Source of the DNA: Ramazzottius varieornatus
Taxonomy: Eukaryota; Animalia; Tardigrada
Assembly (NCBI GenBank): GCA_001949185.1
Contig: BDGG01000004.1
Coordinates: 1,389,620 to 1,453,619 of the forward strand
Length of the DNA stretch: 64,000 nt
Direction of reading: 5' to 3'
Below, in pieces: positions 58,438 through 64,000 of the stretch. How positions within the stretch are numbered: position 1 is the first letter of the stretch; every line of letters starts with the position of its first letter. The notes under the pieces were generated by a model. The model worked only from the letters and a program-made list of their open reading frames with translations, ran no database searches and had not been told where the DNA came from. A program made the position numbers and the translations under genes.

Positions 58438-59254
58438 TCGTACTTCGGCTGGTGGTTCTGCAACTTCCAAGAGTTTTCTGCTGGTGATGCGAGGTCCTTG
58501 TTCGATTGCGGACTACAAAGCAAAACGCTGTCAGCATGGGGACAGTCTCACGGACTCGGCTGACGAACCGACGTGACCGCCCATCCGCACCAGGGAGTCT
58601 GAGACTGAGTTAACATGCATATACCTGTGCTACTTCGCCCAGATACATAACGGCGATGATGTTCGAGAAAAGCAAACTCACGGACCCACCTGTACAGGTT
58701 GTTCCAACGCCAGAAACGACAAGCGCATACGCCTGATGACAGCTCCCATATATTTCACTGGGATCGTGAAGACGGCAGCTTACAAAGCCTCGTCGTCCAG
58801 TTCGCTCCGTGCTTCAGATTCCGTGGACTTCTTGAAAGCTCCGACAAGCTCTGTGCCTCTTCAGCAGAGCATCGCCAATTCAGATATCGACCGGAAGCAT
58901 CAATAATTGACAACAAAGTTGATAAGGAAGAATACGACGATCGTTTATAAGGATGAAAGCGTGTGACATGATAATCAGCATCTTCTAATAAATCAATAAT
59001 CAATCAGACTCATAACGGGTACACTGGGCAACAACTGCATCCATATGACATAATAACAATAATATACAGTGTGTCAGACGAGACTGTCTCTTTCGCGGCT
59101 TGGCCGTTTCAGAGAGTGGCCGTTTTTCGCTTGTTTTCTTCTTCCGCACTGTAATCTGTTAGTTCCGATGTCCGCTTGCTTCCGCCATGATTCTGTTTCC
59201 CCATCATTGACTCAGTGTTTCTAGATTCAGACGCGGTGTAAAGCAGGAACAGTT
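58438..59254. promoter_or_regulatory. Putative bidirectional promoter / 5'UTR region between MRPS36 and WDR91
   Basis: The two start codons are head-to-head, ~820 bp apart. Inferred from gene orientation only. Confidence 0.4.
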
Positions 59255-62200
59255 ATGGCACGAAGCCTGGCTTCTGATCCTTTCCATCTCGCAGAGTGGA
59301 TTGCCGACTACTTGGCCGAGAGGGGGTATGCAGCTACTCTCCGAGCGTTCCGCAGTGATGTCAGAAATGACCGAACAATGACGGTAAGTCCTGCCTTCCT
59401 TGCCCCCTCAAAACCGTCAGGTCTCAGCTTAACATGTGAGTTAGAGATGTGGTAGACGAAGGCGAGCTTCCAGGTTCCAATCTCGGTAAAACACTCGCAG
59501 CCAGAACGAATTTCCGTTCATGCAGTTTATTATCTTACAGGTGGAAAATTTCGTCGATTATATTAATCACTGCATAAACACCCTCAATTTCCAAGGGCTG
59601 ATCGACATCTGGCAAGAAATGGATAAGAGGTAAGATGGTAGATCAACTTCTTGGTGTGGTACGGTATATCAGCCCAAGACTATGCTCTTTCCAGGCTTTT
59701 CTCTCGCCTACAACCGGAGTATTCCAAGAGTGCAAATGTGCTCGAGAACAGGCTTCTGAAACTCTTACTGGTCACTGCTGTACAGAAGAACAACATTAAG
59801 AAGGCCCAAGAATGCTTAGAGTTCATGGCGAACTCTCCTCGATTAAGCGCTGATACGGAACTCACCGAATGGTTCCGTAAGAACTTTCTCCGTCAAGAAT
59901 ATAAGACAAAAGCCTACGGCCACGGCAGAACTTCGAGTTGTCTCTTGCAGGAATTCCATACATCAAAAGTCCGGAAAACGATCCCCTAACGGCAAAGTAA
60001 AGAAAGCAGTGTCAGTTTTACAGTCGGTTAATCAGGTTAATCAGGATTTGGTTGCAGGTATTGCAGCAAGTTTTGGCAGGACACTTTGTCCGTATCCCTG
60101 TACAACTTCACTAGTGCTGTGTTCAACACGTCCTTCAGCAACCTGCAGAATCAGAGTGAGCACCTTATCTTACGTACCAGTACCACAACAGCATACTTCC
60201 ACAGTTCGCAGTTAAGATTATCTGATCGTTCCTTCGTAGAAGCTAAAGCTGCTTGCAGACCGGAAGTAGTAATGAGCCCTTCACTTCGCACCAAGCCGCG
60301 TAAGCTGGAGAACACTTTCGGGCAAAGCAGGTAACATTCTCTTCGCACTGGTCTCGAAACTTTTTGACTCGCTGTAGGCAGTTGTCTGCGTGTTCTTTCA
60401 GTGGTCCAAGACAGCTTCCGGTAACAGCACTTCGCCAAAAGTTCCACAAAGCCATGGCTGAGATGGTCCAGTCGCATCGGTCGATGCCCGATGTTGGATC
60501 CGAACCACGACAACCCGCTGCCGCTCTTCCTTCCGAAATAGTCAAACCGAATGGCGTGCCTTCTCCGCAGACATCGCCCCTCGTACAAAGACTTCAGACC
60601 AACATTCGTCGTCCTCCACGACAACATAGCAGTATGTCCGAGTCGAGTGCCCTACCTCCTCCGCCCCTAGCCCGGCCTGGCTCGTCACATAGTCTTTCTA
60701 GTCCTCGGGGTTCGCGCCGTTCGGTGGAGAAAGACATTAGAGAAGTCGACCCGAATGTTTGGATCAACACGAGGTTGCTTCCTGCTGACTCGAAAGACTA
60801 CCTCATTCACCTTGTCTGCGAAGAAAGTCTCGGTAATCATGAAGCGGAAGTTGTAGAATGCAAGTTTTCTCCCTGTGGCTTGAAAGTCGCAAGCTTCGAT
60901 AAGAAGGGCTGCATGAAGATCTGGAAAGGAGCTCCTCCTGTCGTCAAGCTCATTTCGACATGCACATTCCCGTCGCGGCTTACTTGTCTTGCTTGGATTC
61001 CCAAGAAGGACACTGACATGGTGAGAGCGGTTTTCCTCTATAGATTCCGTCTTTCTACGCTTTGAATTAAGGAAGGTAACTGGGTAAGCCCGTTCCGCTT
61101 TTTATATCCGGTGTGTTTTCAGATGGTCGTGGGGGATGACAACGGCACCGTTAGGCTGTTGGAAGATGCTAGCGCAACATGCATTATGGAAGTGAACGTG
61201 GGACGAGAAATAACCACGTTGGCTGTCAGTCCAGATGGGGCCAGCCCTTACATTGTCTGCGGGACCAGCGGAACGGCGGATTCACATAGTACGTGCATTC
61301 CGGCAGACCGATGTCTTTTAACTGATGATAGTCAACCACAGTACAACGTTCCGTAATTAGTCCACGAAGCAAGACTTTAACCGTAATGTCTTACTTGTAA
61401 TGTTGCAGACGGCATCTTCGTGATTGACCTGGCAACATTTACCATCAGAAGCGAAGTTCGACATGTCTCGCGTCTAACAGCGTCGTACTTCCACCCGACA
61501 AAGTCGCTTCTCCTGTTCGGCTTTGACACCGGCGAAGTTTGCGAATACAGTAAAACTGATATGCTTGTTTTTCCCAGTGAACCTCAAATTTCTATCCCCA
61601 GGAATTCAATGGTGTTGTGCTTTATAGATGCGAAGTTTCAAAAGCTCAGCGAGAAGCTGCCTGTCCATTCATTGGCGGTCTTTCAACTGGAGTATTTATG
61701 GAATGAGGCGTACTGCCTGTCCGCTGGAGAAGATAATAAGGTAGAAATTGATACTTCTCCGGCAAATCGTTCATCGCGATCGTACTTCGGATGGCTTCTG
61801 ACACTGTATCGCTTTTGCAGCTAATCATCTCGCATCTTGCGACAGGAGGGGTTAAAGTGGCTGAATTGCATCTCGATCTAGACTTCTCTTCAGCGTGGTC
61901 AAGCCACCGGATTTTCACTACCAGTAAGGAAGGTAACCTGGCACTTGTTCGGAGCAATAAGAGTGCGAAGGTCATCAAGGCAAGTATATTCTGTGAAATT
62001 ATAACCTTATGAGACGTTCAGATATGATATGGACAGGAAAAGAAACGTGACAAATTAATATAGTACGACAATAAATGGTTCATGAATATTTCATAGTCTT
62101 ATGGATATTTTTTCTAGTTGAAGGGAGATTTGTCTTCGTGCTTGCATTTCGGGACAAGGGATGTTCCTGTTACGTCGCTGGACTGGATCACTACGTCGGA

Positions 62201-62270
62201 CAAGAGCACCGGCTTGCTGGCTTATGCTGACGGGAAAATCCACTGGTTCCGCCTGCTTCATTTGGAGTGA
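59255..62270 (+). CDS. WDR91: WD repeat-containing protein 91 (LisH-like N-terminus + WD40), multi-exon
   Basis: IADYLAERGYAATLRAF, W..MDKR|LFSRL, EWF|GIPYIKSPENDP and WQDTLSVSLYNF, then WD repeats (HEAEVVECKFSPCGLKVASFDKKGCMKIW; PVTSLDW..AYADGKI); stop at 62270. Confidence 0.88.
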
Positions 62271-64000
62271 TCAGGTAGGTGGCGCTGTGTGGTGTAAACA
62301 AGGATTTTTGGTGGCGCTGTGGTGATGGTGGGCAATTGTGCACTGTGTGGTATGAGTTATGGTTGCATCTCGGTTATGAATGCACTAACGGATGAACGTA
62401 TTTTGAGAGAAGGTCAAGTCTGGTCGAGTGTAGCTTAATAGATCGATATGAATTGACTTTAATACCATATGCAGCCCAGATGGTAATGCGGGGAAGGCTT
62501 TTATTCTGGTTTACACCATTTCCTTTCACCGACGAAGGAGAACAAGGTGGGCTTCAGGTTCTTGCATAGCTCGATATACGATCGTGTGGTATTGAGACTA
62601 GCAGTATGCACCGAACGGTTCAAACCGAGACCTGCGTTGAGTTCTTTATGGTCTTTCTTTCGCCTCAGGTCGTGTGAGTTGAAAGTGCGTTTTCTTTGTG
62701 CAGAGAATGCCATTTCTTTAGCGCTCGGATAATTACTAGCTTTCAGGAAAATTAGCGTCTTGCGTGCATGGTGCGCAGACAGAGGCTGCACTCGAGATTG
62801 CTGGAATTGAAGGTTGCTTGTAGTGAGAGCGTCGGCACCGGAACCGGCTCAGATTTGTTCAGATTGATTCTTATCTGGGTAAACAACGTCATTTCGGTTA
62901 CGACCGACACTTTTGCATTTCTGTAGCACGTTTAATGAATGCCTTTATCAACCGTTTTCTTGCAGACATCAACAAGCACGATAGTGTATCACTGACGACG
63001 AACCGTTAACTGATGAGTTTACTTTGAGTCTTGGTCGAACCGGTTTCCACCTTCCAATCTAAACAGTTTTTTCGTCCGCGAACCCTCTTTGTCTAGCCAC
63101 TCCTGCTTGCTTCCCAGTTCTCAAACCCAAACTTCCGTCCTAAAATTTTTTTGAAAGTAGCTGGTCAGAAAAGTGTGAGCGAGGCCGATGAGGCAGTTTT
63201 TCCATGTCGTGTGCTTTTACCGTGGGTCTTGACGTTGGTTTTGCCTGATGGAGCGATGGACTCGGAAATTAGAGTATTAAATTTGCACGTTGCCTGGAGG
63301 GCAAACCACACAAAGCACCTTGGCGAGCTAACTTGACGAGATACGCGAAACGTTGAGGCTGGACTAGTAGTCTTCTCATTGTGCGGTGGCGATGTAAAAG
63401 GAGTGACTGTCATTACAGCAGCCGCAGTAGTGTTCGCATCGCTGCCGAGGCGAGGCCAAACAAGCTGAGGCGTATTTCAAACTGTTTGTTCAACTGGAAA
63501 TTGCTGCGAGCTCAACCGAGCCTTCCTTTAGCTGTCACCAGGCAAATATGTACGATCTGGCTAGATGATACAGTCTTTCCGTCGGTGTACTGTACTTTAG
63601 GCTTCGTACGTCCACCAGTGAAACGGAAAAGCCTGTGGCGCACTTGACGGTATATTCGAGGAGGTGTCTTTCACTCAATATGCCTTGTCGTATGTGCTTT
63701 ATTCAGCTCTCTTTTTGGTCCAAAGCAAGCTTGTGAGTTGGCGTAGTTGAAGGGGACCGTTTGACGAGCCGAAAAATTTTCACTGGGTTGCAAATGGAGC
63801 AGCAGCACGATATTTGTGATTCCCTGTAGTAGTCCTGTATATCTTTGTATGATATGTCGCGGGTGTGATCTATCGAATATCTATCGACGTCTTTCTATCC
63901 TGTATATTCTCCGAGTCCTTCGTCGGCCACATCGTCAACAGACTCTTCTCTTTCTTTACTGAGTACAGTTTGACATTGCAGCTGGAGAGCCATTTGCTCT

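Noticed and set aside
26296-60046. Tiny local duplications (near 26296, 42671, 58364, 60028)
   Set aside because: These 9-14-bp duplications are consistent with ordinary replication slippage.
62300-64000. Gene at the right end of the window
   Set aside because: Only short ORFs with no recognisable domain or consistent exon chain.

Overview
Eukaryotic (animal) genomic DNA, gene-dense, with many short (~60-80 nt) spliceosomal introns. It looks like a compact invertebrate genome; a tardigrade is plausible but cannot be proven from the sequence. Multi-exon genes I reconstructed by eye, in order: GARNL3 (+), NELL (-), importin-11 (+), a CCDC42/CFAP73-like gene (+), a Nedx/lms homeobox gene (+), engrailed (+), tRNA-Gln(TTG) (-), NT5C3 (+), BMPER/crossveinless-2 (-), MRPS36/KGD4 (-) and WDR91 (+). 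Between NELL and importin-11 lies a transposon nest. Its most unusual member is a near full-length restriction-like-endonuclease (R2/NeSL-type) non-LTR retrotransposon, tightly bracketed by a 36-bp inverted repeat pair with outer TA dinucleotides, i.e. a retroelement inside a DNA-transposon-like shell. Also notable: adjacent Nedx-engrailed genes, a Hox-linkage-group-like neighbourhood, three intronic copies of a nested palindromic element, several MITEs, four GC-AG introns and alternative first exons in GARNL3. Exon boundaries were read manually and need RNA-seq confirmation.
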